25,149 nt of DNA from a virus (taxonomy: Duplodnaviria > Caudoviricetes). The notes beneath the pieces were generated by a model, which had not been told where the DNA came from, ran no database searches, and saw only the letters and a program-made list of their open reading frames with translations. The position numbers and the translations under genes were made by a program. Below are positions 14,928 to 23,738 of this stretch, piece after piece. Location of the stretch: positions 1 through 25,149 of the IMG/VR virus record IMGVR_UViG_3300020044_001396; one strand, 5' to 3'. Every line of letters starts with the position of its first letter. Position 1 is the first letter of the stretch.

Positions 14928-16703
14928 TTAGATAAACAGATAAGGTGATGCCCCGTCAGGGAACAAGAGGGTTGTGCCATCAACGAACCAAGCCCCATTA
15001 CGTTTCTCAGCGTCTGTAGCAAGACCATAGTCAGGTGCAGTGTTAGCCATGATGACCCCATACTTACCATCATACTGGAAGGCTTGTGTGGTAATCTCGA
15101 TTTCATGCCCTGACTTCTTTTCAGTGCGCTTGATAACCTGAACCAACCTCTTGACCAGACTACCTGTCTCATTTGTGACAATCCTGCTATCAAGCTCAAG
15201 GACATCAACAAGACCAATGTCCCTGTCTTTAGCATCCAACAGGATAGTGTAGTGTACAGGGGGGGTATTGAAACGCTTCAAGAGACGCAGTGCCAAGGTT
15301 CTTACGATAGCGTCTGCACCATTGTTCAACCACCGACAAAAGACTTCCTTGATCTTAGTGTCACCATAAGCATTGGTAGCTTCAGCGTCAGTGTCCACAA
15401 GGACGTTAATCTGATCATAGTTACCTTTGTCCTTGTAGTCTTTGGTGGGATCAGACTGCTTACTGTAGAAGTGAACCTGAGTAAGTCGATCCTCGTCTCT
15501 GTCTTCCTGTTGGATAGATTTGATGTTGTTCCTATCTGAGACAGGGATAAGGAGTTCATCACCGACAGGTCTGTTAGCTTGGAGCTTAACCTTTTGGTTA
15601 ACTTCGTCCCACCACACAGAGATACCAAGGACAGCCAACTCTCCAACTAACTGAGATACACCTGTAGGCTTAGTGATGATGGTATCTAGCTTCAAGGCAC
15701 TTAGCCACTTAGTTACTTCAGGTTCCCACTCAGTTACAAGAGGGCAGAAAGCTGCTGGCACATTGGCGTAGTTGACAAGAAGGTCATAGATAGTGTCATC
15801 AATACGCTCGTTCTGAATGTTCAAGGCTTCTTGGAAAGAGTCATTCAGGTTGTGGGTAGCGGCAATAGTCCCATAGAGACCACGACCAGTCACTGTGATT
15901 GTGTCAGTTGAACGAGTGAACGAAACTACCTCAGAGCCAATAGTAGCCCAACCTGAGGCTGGGTACTCAGCGCCAATACCAGCAGGGGTAAGCGTAAAGA
16001 CTTGACCTACAGCCGCTGTGATGTTAGCACCAAGTTTACCACGAGAAGGTCTAGGGGCAACAGCTTTGTTGTCATCAGCGAGAGCTAGGACATCCTTACC
16101 TTCGATCTGGACATTACCCTGATTGTCAGGACCAACTACGTTAGTGATGATGAAGTATCTGGTCTGGGTGTCTGTCAGAACACCCCCATCAACATAACCA
16201 TCGATGATACGCAGAGGACGCCCAGCATAGTAAGGGAACCTAGACTTTAGCTTAGTAAAGAAGGTGCCACGGTCTACAGGGTTGTATCCGACAGCAGAGA
16301 ACTGTGCAGCACCACTGATACGTTGGGTCTGATACTTATCAACACCAATGTCGTCAGCCACAAAGTCTTGCAGTTTAACAGACACAGTTGCCCTACGACC
16401 AAAGGCCCCAAGTTTATCATCACTACCAGCAATGTTCACTGTGCTTGAGAAAGCTGTTACGCCACGTTCCTCTAGGCAAGGATAAGCGTTAAGCCCTTTA
16501 GGCAAGTTGCTTCTATTGTTGATAAACTTGAGAGTCTTTGTGGTTTTAGCGAAGACAGGTTTTACCTGACAGGTAGCATAAGTGTTAAAGCACTTGTTAG
16601 AGTTGAGTGACGAAAGCGTAGCTGTACAAGGCGCTGTGCCATAGGTCAAGCTACAGTAGTCAATGTCAATCTCTACAAGCTGGATAGGTTCTCTATTCGC
16701 CAT
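14928..16703 (-). CDS. Tail tip / baseplate hub-like protein (591 aa)
   Basis: Second gene after the tape measure; N-terminal Cys cluster (C...C...C...C), RGLYGT..ATH motif; ATG at 16703 after GGAGG. Confidence 0.75.
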   Translation of the reverse strand: MANREPIQLVEIDIDYCSLTYGTAPCTATLSSLNSNKCFNTYATCQVKPVFAKTTKTLKFINNRSNLPKGLNAYPCLEERGVTAFSSTVNIAGSDDKLGAFGRRATVSVKLQDFVADDIGVDKYQTQRISGAAQFSAVGYNPVDRGTFFTKLKSRFPYYAGRPLRIIDGYVDGGVLTDTQTRYFIITNVVGPDNQGNVQIEGKDVLALADDNKAVAPRPSRGKLGANITAAVGQVFTLTPAGIGAEYPASGWATIGSEVVSFTRSTDTITVTGRGLYGTIAATHNLNDSFQEALNIQNERIDDTIYDLLVNYANVPAAFCPLVTEWEPEVTKWLSALKLDTIITKPTGVSQLVGELAVLGISVWWDEVNQKVKLQANRPVGDELLIPVSDRNNIKSIQQEDRDEDRLTQVHFYSKQSDPTKDYKDKGNYDQINVLVDTDAEATNAYGDTKIKEVFCRWLNNGADAIVRTLALRLLKRFNTPPVHYTILLDAKDRDIGLVDVLELDSRIVTNETGSLVKRLVQVIKRTEKKSGHEIEITTQAFQYDGKYGVIMANTAPDYGLATDAEKRNGAWFVDGTTLLFPDGASPYLFI

Positions 16704-17487
16704 AAGCATAAACCTCCATACCAACACTCATAAAGACACCAGTGGCATCAAAGGTTGGAGCAAGAGTGGAGCCTTCTGTACGCCACACATAACCCACATC
16801 CTTCGAGAAGACAGAGGGTCCAGCAGCCCACACAAAAGCCTTACCTGAATTGAAGTGTTCACGGAAAGGGAGGATTGTGGTTTCACCAAAGGTTCTGTCC
16901 ACAGCCACTAGATTGATAGAGGTTTGACCACCTTGACGCAGCACTCGGTTCCCAAGGAACTGACCACCAAGAGTTGTCGCAGTCAAGAGTTCATATGCTT
17001 GTGACAACCACACGGGCTTGTAAGGGGATACCACACCAGCAGGGAAGTTGAACCGAGCACCAGCCATAGCCACACCGATAACTGGGGCTGTACCACCACT
17101 GAAGTTGAACCTCCAGTATCTAGCTGATACAGAAGTGAACAAAGCCAAGATGGTGGTGTCGTCTGTAGGTACAATGGTTGCACGAGTAGTCCAAGTGGTG
17201 TTGTCTGTAGAGCTTTGCACAAGGACAGTGTTACCTGATGTACCACAGTTGTGAGCCACAAGAGCAGCACAGTCTACAGAAACAGCAGTCCCTTTATCGA
17301 TAGTCAACTGGGCAGGCAAAGACGAGGGCTTCCAAGAATTGTAGGTAGCTTCAGAGACAGCATTCTCTTTAGGGTAATCAGCAGCCTCGCTAGAAGCAGT
17401 CAGGGTGCCACTAGCGAAGATGTTGTTCCACAAGATTGTGGGAAGGCTGTCTTGACTTGTCGGGGTGTTAGTTATAACAATAGTCAT
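16693..17487 (-). CDS. Distal tail-like protein with a discoidin (F5/8 type C)-like domain
   Basis: Follows the tape measure; LTASS....PKENA...W....VQSSTDNTTWT...VSARYWRF pattern. Confidence 0.7.
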   Translation of the reverse strand: MTIVITNTPTSQDSLPTILWNNIFASGTLTASSEAADYPKENAVSEATYNSWKPSSLPAQLTIDKGTAVSVDCAALVAHNCGTSGNTVLVQSSTDNTTWTTRATIVPTDDTTILALFTSVSARYWRFNFSGGTAPVIGVAMAGARFNFPAGVVSPYKPVWLSQAYELLTATTLGGQFLGNRVLRQGGQTSINLVAVDRTFGETTILPFREHFNSGKAFVWAAGPSVFSKDVGYVWRTEGSTLAPTFDATGVFMSVGMEVYAYGE

Positions 17488-19649
17488 CGTGCCACCACAA
17501 ATACTTTGCCACGGTTGTCATTCTCTTTGTAGAAGTTCTCAAAGAGGCGAGAGAGTTGTTCACCCGTAAAGAGTGCATTAGGGTCAAGACCAGAGATAAG
17601 GACTGTCTGTGGGGTAGCAGGAGCAGCAGGTTGAGCTACAGTAGCAGAGCCGGGAGAGCCACCAACACCACCAGAAGCCCCACCACCAACACCACCAGCA
17701 GAGCGGATAGCCATAACACCTTTGAGACCAGCAGCAAGAACACTGGCGTAAGCAGCAAAACGTCCTGCCAAAGTGATCCCCGGAGTGTTCAAAGCCTTGA
17801 TAGCTGCGCCATATGCGTTGATAGTCCCTTCAACAGCTTGGAAAGCCGCTACAACTTTTACAGTCTTTTGACCACCAACAGAGGCGATGTTTGCAAGTTG
17901 ACCAAACATATTTGCAGTGTCGCTCAGGCGTTGCTGTTGAGCATTACCTTCAATGTTAGCCAAATCTTGCTGGTGTTGTAGAGCCAAAGCCTTTTCAAGC
18001 TCGTTGTACTCTTGGAGAGTGAGCATCTTGTTCTCTAGAGCAGAACGAAGAACCTCTTGGCGTTGTTCAAACGCAATGGTTTCTTGTTCAACCAAGTACT
18101 TGTCGAGTTCGAGATACTTGTAGATTTCTTCCATCTTGTTTTCAAGAGTGGTTGTACCAGCACCTCCACCACCGCCAGCGCCTGTCTCAGTGAAAACCCC
18201 AGCAGCGCCACCAGCAAGAGTACCAAAAGGGTTTGGCCTGTCAAGCATTTGACCACGAGCAGCGGCATCCATGCCACCTTCAGTGAACCTACCATAAGGA
18301 GTAGCAGTGCCGGGGATCACGTTTCCGGGTCCGTAAGTGGCATAAGCAGAAGCCATCTCGCGGAGTTTGTCCAAGAAGTTTTGAGCAGCAGGCATGGCCT
18401 TAGCAAAGGCACTACTAAGATCGGTTGCAGCCATTGCCTTCATGTGGCCCAGAGCTTCAAGTGCGCGATCTCGCAGAGACTCAGCCTTGGTAATTGCCTT
18501 TTCGTAGGCGGCTCTTTTTTCGTTGACTTTATCAACAATAGCTTGTTGGGTTGAAAGTTGTACTTTTAGCGCCTGAATCTCTTCCGCAAGGCGTTGACGA
18601 GCAGATAGGCTGTCGGTTTGTTCATACTCTCTGCTGAGACTTTGGATTTGCCCAGTAAGCCCGAGTATTTCTCTAAGAGCAACCGCTTCAGCTTGAGTAT
18701 CAACCCCAAAACGGAGCATTTCCAGTTTTAGAGCGTAGTCTCCAGCAACCTCATTAAGTTGTTTTTGAGCATCAGCAAGGCTCAGAACTCCATTTGCAGC
18801 AGACTCAGCGTTTTCCTTAATCCTCATAAAAGCAGCGCCAATCGCTGTGGTAAGGGAGATACCAATGCCAAGAGCAGCACCTAGTACGCCGGGGAACAAG
18901 CCTGCAAGCTGTGTTGCTTGTTGTCCAAAGGCTACAAGTACGTTAGTGCCAGATTGGATTTGAACAAAGAAGTCACCAACCTGATAACCGACTTGTTGTG
19001 CATACAAACCAAACTGGTTTAACCCACGGCCAGATTCGTTGACGTGCTGACTAAAGCGGTTGTTGGCAAGAACTGCACCCTGAGTGGAGTTAGAGAATTG
19101 CTGATACTCGAAGTTCAACTGTTCAACAGCAGACTCATGTTGTTTGGTTGAAGTGACGCCAAGCATGTGAGCACGATTAAGTTCATTAAGAGAGGATTCA
19201 TACAGGCGAGATGCGCTGTAAACCTGATCATACTTCTGACGGAGACGTTCGATCTCAGCGTCCATAGCAGCAAATCCTGCGCCGCCGCTTGTAGCAGAGG
19301 GACCACCAACACCAAGTTGTTTATTGATTGCAGCTTGGTTAGCTTGTGCAGTCTTCAGAGCTTGAGCTTCTTGTTTACGAAGGCCTTCAGTGAAGGCAGA
19401 AGCACTTTGTTCAGCAGACTTATAAGCGTTCGTGATCTTTAGGTTATCGTTGATCAACCTCTGCAAAGCCTGAGAGGTTTGACGGATGTACTGTTCATCT
19501 CTCTGAGATTGTTTAGCTGCACGTTCAAAAGCCTGCATGAAGATAGAGGCAGACTTAGAGGCAGAATTAAAGGAGTTACCAAGCTCTTGGAGTTCCTGCT
19601 TTGCAGTCTTAACCTGAGAACTGTTAACAAGGATGTCAATATCAGCCAT
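17484..19649 (-). CDS. Tail tape measure protein (721 aa)
   Basis: Ala/Gln-rich helical protein after the chaperones; QVGYQVGDFFVQIQSG....AFGQQATQL (lambda H-type N-terminal motif). Confidence 0.93.
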   Translation of the reverse strand: MADIDILVNSSQVKTAKQELQELGNSFNSASKSASIFMQAFERAAKQSQRDEQYIRQTSQALQRLINDNLKITNAYKSAEQSASAFTEGLRKQEAQALKTAQANQAAINKQLGVGGPSATSGGAGFAAMDAEIERLRQKYDQVYSASRLYESSLNELNRAHMLGVTSTKQHESAVEQLNFEYQQFSNSTQGAVLANNRFSQHVNESGRGLNQFGLYAQQVGYQVGDFFVQIQSGTNVLVAFGQQATQLAGLFPGVLGAALGIGISLTTAIGAAFMRIKENAESAANGVLSLADAQKQLNEVAGDYALKLEMLRFGVDTQAEAVALREILGLTGQIQSLSREYEQTDSLSARQRLAEEIQALKVQLSTQQAIVDKVNEKRAAYEKAITKAESLRDRALEALGHMKAMAATDLSSAFAKAMPAAQNFLDKLREMASAYATYGPGNVIPGTATPYGRFTEGGMDAAARGQMLDRPNPFGTLAGGAAGVFTETGAGGGGGAGTTTLENKMEEIYKYLELDKYLVEQETIAFEQRQEVLRSALENKMLTLQEYNELEKALALQHQQDLANIEGNAQQQRLSDTANMFGQLANIASVGGQKTVKVVAAFQAVEGTINAYGAAIKALNTPGITLAGRFAAYASVLAAGLKGVMAIRSAGGVGGGASGGVGGSPGSATVAQPAAPATPQTVLISGLDPNALFTGEQLSRLFENFYKENDNRGKVFVVAR

Positions 19650-20001
19650 TTTTAGTTACAACCCTCAGATAAACTGCGTCTAGTCTTTTGATAGCGTCTA
19701 CCTCCCACGGAAGAAGACTTTCGTTTGTCAATTGTTGCCAAGCTATGATCTCTTGGTAACTGATAGGTAAAGGTCCAGAAAACCCTTGACCTCTGGTGTG
19801 GTTAAGCAATAAAAAAGCAGCCCAGACGTATTCCAGTAACTCTGGGAACTCTGGTCCCTGTAGAGCCAATGGAGTTCGCCCAGACTGCCTTTCCACTTCT
19901 TGTAGGTGCTGTCGCTCAGTCACACCATCTTTGTCAGGAATAGAGAGTTTGAAATCCCACTCAGCATATTCCTCTAGGTCAAGGATCAAGCCTTCAAAAA
20001 A
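19642..20001 (-). CDS. Tail assembly chaperone C-terminal extension (gpT-like), probably reached by -1 frameshift
   Basis: GFSGPLPISYQEIIAW.......PWEVDAIKRLD signature; no ATG start; overlaps the upstream chaperone at T TTT TTG. Confidence 0.8.
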   Translation of the reverse strand, partial: FFEGLILDLEEYAEWDFKLSIPDKDGVTERQHLQEVERQSGRTPLALQGPEFPELLEYVWAAFLLLNHTRGQGFSGPLPISYQEIIAWQQLTNESLLPWEVDAIKRLDAVYLRVVTKNG

Positions 20002-20387
20002 GCTGAGTAATCCTCTTGGGCATCAATTACCTGTGCCTTCAACCAAGGGAGCTTACCATAGAGTTCGACAGCTTCACTAACAGAAAACTTCGGTGACTTG
20101 CCATTAAGTTGGATACTCCAATCCTTGGTAGTCTTAGCCAGAAGCTCAAGCGTGGCATTCTCAATCTCTTCAGCAGTGAAGGTGATCTTCTTGCCTTTGG
20201 ATGCCTTTTGGATACGCTTGTTGGTCTGTTCGTGAATAGCACTCTTGTACTGTGCCGAATGAGGCGCATATACGGTGATTGTCATTTCCTTGTTGTCATC
20301 TTTCAGCAGAGGCTCCTCAGTGAGAGGGTGCTTAATGGTGATAACAATAGTGTCGTCAGTCGGGATCATGTTGAAAAGATCGGCCAT
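19986..20387 (-). CDS. Tail assembly chaperone (gpG-like)
   Basis: Lies between the major tail and tape measure genes; IKHP.T...ITVY..HS...W...PWLK.QV pattern; AAGGA RBS. Confidence 0.85.
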   Translation of the reverse strand: MADLFNMIPTDDTIVITIKHPLTEEPLLKDDNKEMTITVYAPHSAQYKSAIHEQTNKRIQKASKGKKITFTAEEIENATLELLAKTTKDWSIQLNGKSPKFSVSEAVELYGKLPWLKAQVIDAQEDYSAFLKA

Positions 20388-20423
20388 TGTCGGGATGTCC
20401 TTGGGTTAATGTATAGTCGGGAT
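20359..20423 (-). repeat. Three direct repeats of ATCCCGAC (- strand)
   Basis: GTCGGGAT on the + strand at 20359-20366, 20389-20396 and 20416-20423. Confidence 0.9.
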
Positions 20424-20424
20424 T

Positions 20425-20481
20425 AAAAGTTAAACGGACGACCGAATCCCCGACAAATCCAGTCGTCCTAGCCCCGAAGGG
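20425..20481 (-). terminator. Tandem hairpins / probable terminator after the major tail gene
   Basis: - strand: CCC-TTCG-GGG, then a 13-bp stem GGACGACTGGATT/GATTCGGTCGTCC (with G-U pairs) and loop TGTCGGG, followed by GTTTAACTTTT. Confidence 0.7.
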
Positions 20482-20482
20482 A

Positions 20483-21406
20483 TTACGCAGAACGAGTGAG
20501 CTTGATGTTTGTGGCTTCCGTGGTGTCGTAGAGTGCCACGAAGGGAAGCGTGATGATACGCGAGGTGGGGCCATCAACAGGAACAGATGCACCATTGATC
20601 TTAACACGAGGGAAGAGCCACGTATAGTCAGAGGCACCCGTGGGGTCGTCCACAACAACCTGAAGGCCACTCTCAGTTTCGTTGATAAAGCGGTTGACAA
20701 GAGCAGCATCTTCAAAATAGGCAGTGATCGTACCTTCAACAGTTGCCATGCCGTACTCAAGTTGCGGGGTCGAAGCCGAGCCAACCACAAAAGTAGGGGC
20801 AAGTGCGTTATTCAAGGTGAAGTCAATGCCAGTCACGATAGCAGACGAAGACAGTGAACCACCAGCATTGCCAATCGACAGAGCACCAGAGTAAGCGTCA
20901 AAGGGTGCATTACCCGAAGCAGCAGTCTTGGTGGCATCCACAGACGTACCCGAGATGGTCATGTCTTTACCGACCATACTGAACGTAGCAGTAACCATTT
21001 GGTTAGGACGAATAGACACAGCAAGCGAGGAGACAGCCATACCCGTGAACAAACGGAACTGAGTGATGTCAGTGGCTGCATCTTCAATAGAGAAGAATTT
21101 CGGGGTGGTGCCAATCTTCAGGACGTTGGTCGAGAAGGTATTAAAAAAGGCACTTTCGAGGAAGGCATCGTAGTCACCTTTACGAAGGTCAGCCACAATG
21201 TCACCAGCCACAGAACGGTTACCGTGACGGTCAACACGCTGCATACGGTCAGGTTGAATATCTGTACCAGTCACACGCTCTTTGGTAAGGTCAAGAGAGT
21301 GGGTGGTGTAAGGGAGTTGGATCAGAGAAGGGGTGCCGGGAGTAGTCCCGAAAGTGGATTCAGCAACATAGGAGAGGCCAGCGCGGCTACCAGAAGAAAA
21401 GGGCAT
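20483..21406 (-). CDS. Major tail (tube) protein
   Basis: LSYVAESTFGTTP N-terminus, TITAYFED; T/S/A-rich; position in the tail operon. Confidence 0.92.
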   Translation of the reverse strand: MPFSSGSRAGLSYVAESTFGTTPGTPSLIQLPYTTHSLDLTKERVTGTDIQPDRMQRVDRHGNRSVAGDIVADLRKGDYDAFLESAFFNTFSTNVLKIGTTPKFFSIEDAATDITQFRLFTGMAVSSLAVSIRPNQMVTATFSMVGKDMTISGTSVDATKTAASGNAPFDAYSGALSIGNAGGSLSSSAIVTGIDFTLNNALAPTFVVGSASTPQLEYGMATVEGTITAYFEDAALVNRFINETESGLQVVVDDPTGASDYTWLFPRVKINGASVPVDGPTSRIITLPFVALYDTTEATNIKLTRSA

Positions 21407-21409
21407 TTA

Positions 21410-21976
21410 TTATTCCTCATATCTATTAGATTTGGATAGGTTGATGTCAGAAGGTAAGACTTGTAAGTTCCACGGAACGTGCAAACCACAAACCCTTTTA
21501 CCTCTTAGAGGAACGATATGGTCTACGTGGTACTTTTGCCCTGAAACAGCTTCAAGGTCTTTGGCAAGCCAGTAGAAATCTTCCATCTCTTTAAGTTGGG
21601 AACTCGTCAACCACTCAGGTGTTGCATTGAGTTTTCTAGACCTGCGCCGAGCTTCTTTTGCCGCATACTTATCTAGGTTGTTTTTTCTGTGCTCTTCGTG
21701 CTGTTTACGAAATCTTTCTGGATCGTCCCGATACCGCTTTAATTGGTAATCCTTAGTTTTTGGATTTGTCCAATACCTTTGGTTTAGGGTGTCTTTGTTG
21801 TTTTCGTAATAAGTCTTCCAGTAGTTCGCTGACGCCTGATCACCAGCTCTAGAGGGTCGAGTTTCTTTTCTGCACTGCTTACAACGAGCATCAAAACCAG
21901 ACTTTATATCTTTTCTAGGGGAGAATGACGTCAAGGGAAGTGCAATTTTACAGCGTGTGCAAACCTTTTCCGTCAT
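21410..21976 (-). CDS. Free-standing HNH endonuclease
   Basis: CxxC..CxxC N-terminus; ATPEWL, YHVDHIVPLRG..VCGLHVPWNLQVL....N.SKSN; ATG at 21976 after AAAGGA. Confidence 0.9.
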   Translation of the reverse strand: MTEKVCTRCKIALPLTSFSPRKDIKSGFDARCKQCRKETRPSRAGDQASANYWKTYYENNKDTLNQRYWTNPKTKDYQLKRYRDDPERFRKQHEEHRKNNLDKYAAKEARRRSRKLNATPEWLTSSQLKEMEDFYWLAKDLEAVSGQKYHVDHIVPLRGKRVCGLHVPWNLQVLPSDINLSKSNRYEE

Positions 21977-21989
21977 GATTGATCCTTTA

Positions 21990-22472
21990 TCAGTTATACG
22001 TGAACCAAGCGATGGTAACAGGTGTGCAGTAGAAGGGGGAGTCAAGGAAACTCGTCCTGACCTCGGAGTAATCGATAGACACGATAGTTGGACTACCAAG
22101 AAGGAGCCTGCTACCATCTTCTAGAAGGATGTCGTCACCACTCTCTAAGAGGATCGCATCTGTAGGGTTAGTGTAAACAATGTCTGTGGTAGCATTGAAG
22201 CGGTCCAGCAACAAGTCAGCCACATCATAACCAGCACCTGAACCAAGTGCCTCTGGTGTACAAATCAAGATACTGTATAACCCATCATATCTTTGTTGTG
22301 GGTTCAAACCACGAACAGCGGGACGACGAGAAGTAGGAACCAAATCAGCTTTAACGAAAGTAGTTCCTGTGGTTGGTTCGTAAGGCACGTTCTGTCTAGC
22401 GATAGCAGGGATACCCACTGTGCCAGAGAGGTGTGTGTCTAGGCAGGCACGAATGTCATTAATGATTGTCAT
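21990..22472 (-). CDS. Tail terminator protein with an acidic repeat segment
   Basis: Position before the major tail gene; IA.QN..YEP..G....G.Y.I.I.TP...G.G...PVTI.W pattern. Confidence 0.75.
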   Translation of the reverse strand: MTIINDIRACLDTHLSGTVGIPAIARQNVPYEPTTGTTFVKADLVPTSRRPAVRGLNPQQRYDGLYSILICTPEALGSGAGYDVADLLLDRFNATTDIVYTNPTDAILLESGDDILLEDGSRLLLGSPTIVSIDYSEVRTSFLDSPFYCTPVTIAWFTYN

Positions 22473-22894
22473 CGCCTACCCTTTACAGTGTTGATAGCGG
22501 CTTGTAGGTGAATGTTAGCTCTATTTCTGACACTAGTGTAAACTGCATATGCAGGCTTGCTGCCCCAACCACTATACTCGACTTTGTTAGCATAAGGACT
22601 TCTGTTAGCGATATAGACAGTTGTGGTATCTTGAGGTAAACCAGCGATCTGTCCGTTCAGCTTATCCAGAGCGTCTGCTCTAGCTGTGCCATTGTCAGGA
22701 GGTTTATCGTGAGAGTTTTGTCTACCACCAGAACCAGAAGATGTAGTGATTGAGTGGTTTCTTACATAGGTGCCAGTGTCAACAGGAGAGGAGTTAACCA
22801 AGTCTTCAGCTACGTTCCGAAGAAACTCATCTCGTACTGCATCAAGCTCTTGTTCAACCTTGTTGATTAGTGCTGTAAGTGATCGTTGAACCAT
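22469..22894 (-). CDS. Neck / tail completion protein (HK97 gp10-like)
   Basis: SPVDTG...N...YIAN.SPYA..VEY.G signature. Confidence 0.8.
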   Translation of the reverse strand: MVQRSLTALINKVEQELDAVRDEFLRNVAEDLVNSSPVDTGTYVRNHSITTSSGSGGRQNSHDKPPDNGTARADALDKLNGQIAGLPQDTTTVYIANRSPYANKVEYSGWGSKPAYAVYTSVRNRANIHLQAAINTVKGRR

Positions 22895-22895
22895 G

Positions 22896-23258
22896 TCACT
22901 CCCTCACTTGCAACTGATAGCACATCGTGGCACTACCAGATTTGATCTCCATGACCTTAACGATGTTGACTGTATCACCAAGTCCAATGATCTGGTCTGT
23001 GGCATCAGGTTCAGGGGTAGCTGTTCCAGCAATCAATACACTGTCTAGGACTACCCTACGGTCACCGCGAAGGATGGATTGTCCGTCAACCATGTCTGGC
23101 GTATAGTCGTAGAAATAGCCCCGTACAGCGTAGTCAGTGTTTGTGGTAGTCACACTACCCGTATCGTCGTTATATGCACCAGCGGCCCGCTTACGAAGCG
23201 TCAGGGCCATACCGTGCTCTTTGATGAGTTGACGCAGAGTGTAGGGGTCAAATGCCAT
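22896..23258 (-). CDS. Head closure (stopper) protein
   Basis: G..LTLR....YNDDTG...VDG.SI.RGD...YQLQVR pattern and synteny. Confidence 0.75.
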   Translation of the reverse strand: MAFDPYTLRQLIKEHGMALTLRKRAAGAYNDDTGSVTTTNTDYAVRGYFYDYTPDMVDGQSILRGDRRVVLDSVLIAGTATPEPDATDQIIGLGDTVNIVKVMEIKSGSATMCYQLQVRE

Positions 23259-23722
23259 CAGCTTTCATCAGGGATATAGTCATCCACTGCCTCTACGTTA
23301 TCGAACTGACCAATGGTAAATGCAGGAGGAACCCGATCTGGGTCTTGGCTAACCACAAACATGTCTGAGACAGAGATACCACCAGCAAAGACGCCAAGAG
23401 CTTTACCTGAAGTCTTCTTGCCTTGGGCTTCGATCTGTGCAGCCAAGAGGTTGTACTGTTTAGCACGATCACTATAGCTGGCCTTCAGAGCACCATCAAG
23501 TTGGGTATCAACCATACGGCTAAATTTGGCTGCAATGACTTTGCAAACCCATGACCCTGCATAATAGATGTTGTCGCCAACCTGTGCTAGGGCAAATGTA
23601 ATCTCTTCGTTCTGCACAAGTTGATCTGTGGTATCGGTATCACCCACCAGCAGACGTACAGAGTTGAGCCTTCCAGTTGAAGTGGTAGTATTCAAGTCGG
23701 TTGCGGAATAACTCCAAGACAT
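23258..23722 (-). CDS. Head-tail adaptor / connector protein
   Basis: VRLLVGDTD..DQL..NEEI.F.L signature and synteny. Confidence 0.8.
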   Translation of the reverse strand: MSWSYSATDLNTTTSTGRLNSVRLLVGDTDTTDQLVQNEEITFALAQVGDNIYYAGSWVCKVIAAKFSRMVDTQLDGALKASYSDRAKQYNLLAAQIEAQGKKTSGKALGVFAGGISVSDMFVVSQDPDRVPPAFTIGQFDNVEAVDDYIPDES

Positions 23723-23738
23723 CTGGAAGGCTCCTAAT

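Noticed and set aside
17660-18185. Gly-rich CCACCA-type repeats in the tape measure gene
   Set aside because: These are low-complexity glycine linkers common in tape measure C-termini, not a DNA-level repeat element.
20359-20455. Regularly spaced short repeats as a mini CRISPR array
   Set aside because: The repeats are only 8 nt, one lies in coding sequence, and no cas genes are present.
21977-22117. N-terminal extension of the HNH ORF given in the ORF track
   Set aside because: It overlaps the tail terminator gene; the ATG at 21976 has a proper SD and begins the zinc ribbon.
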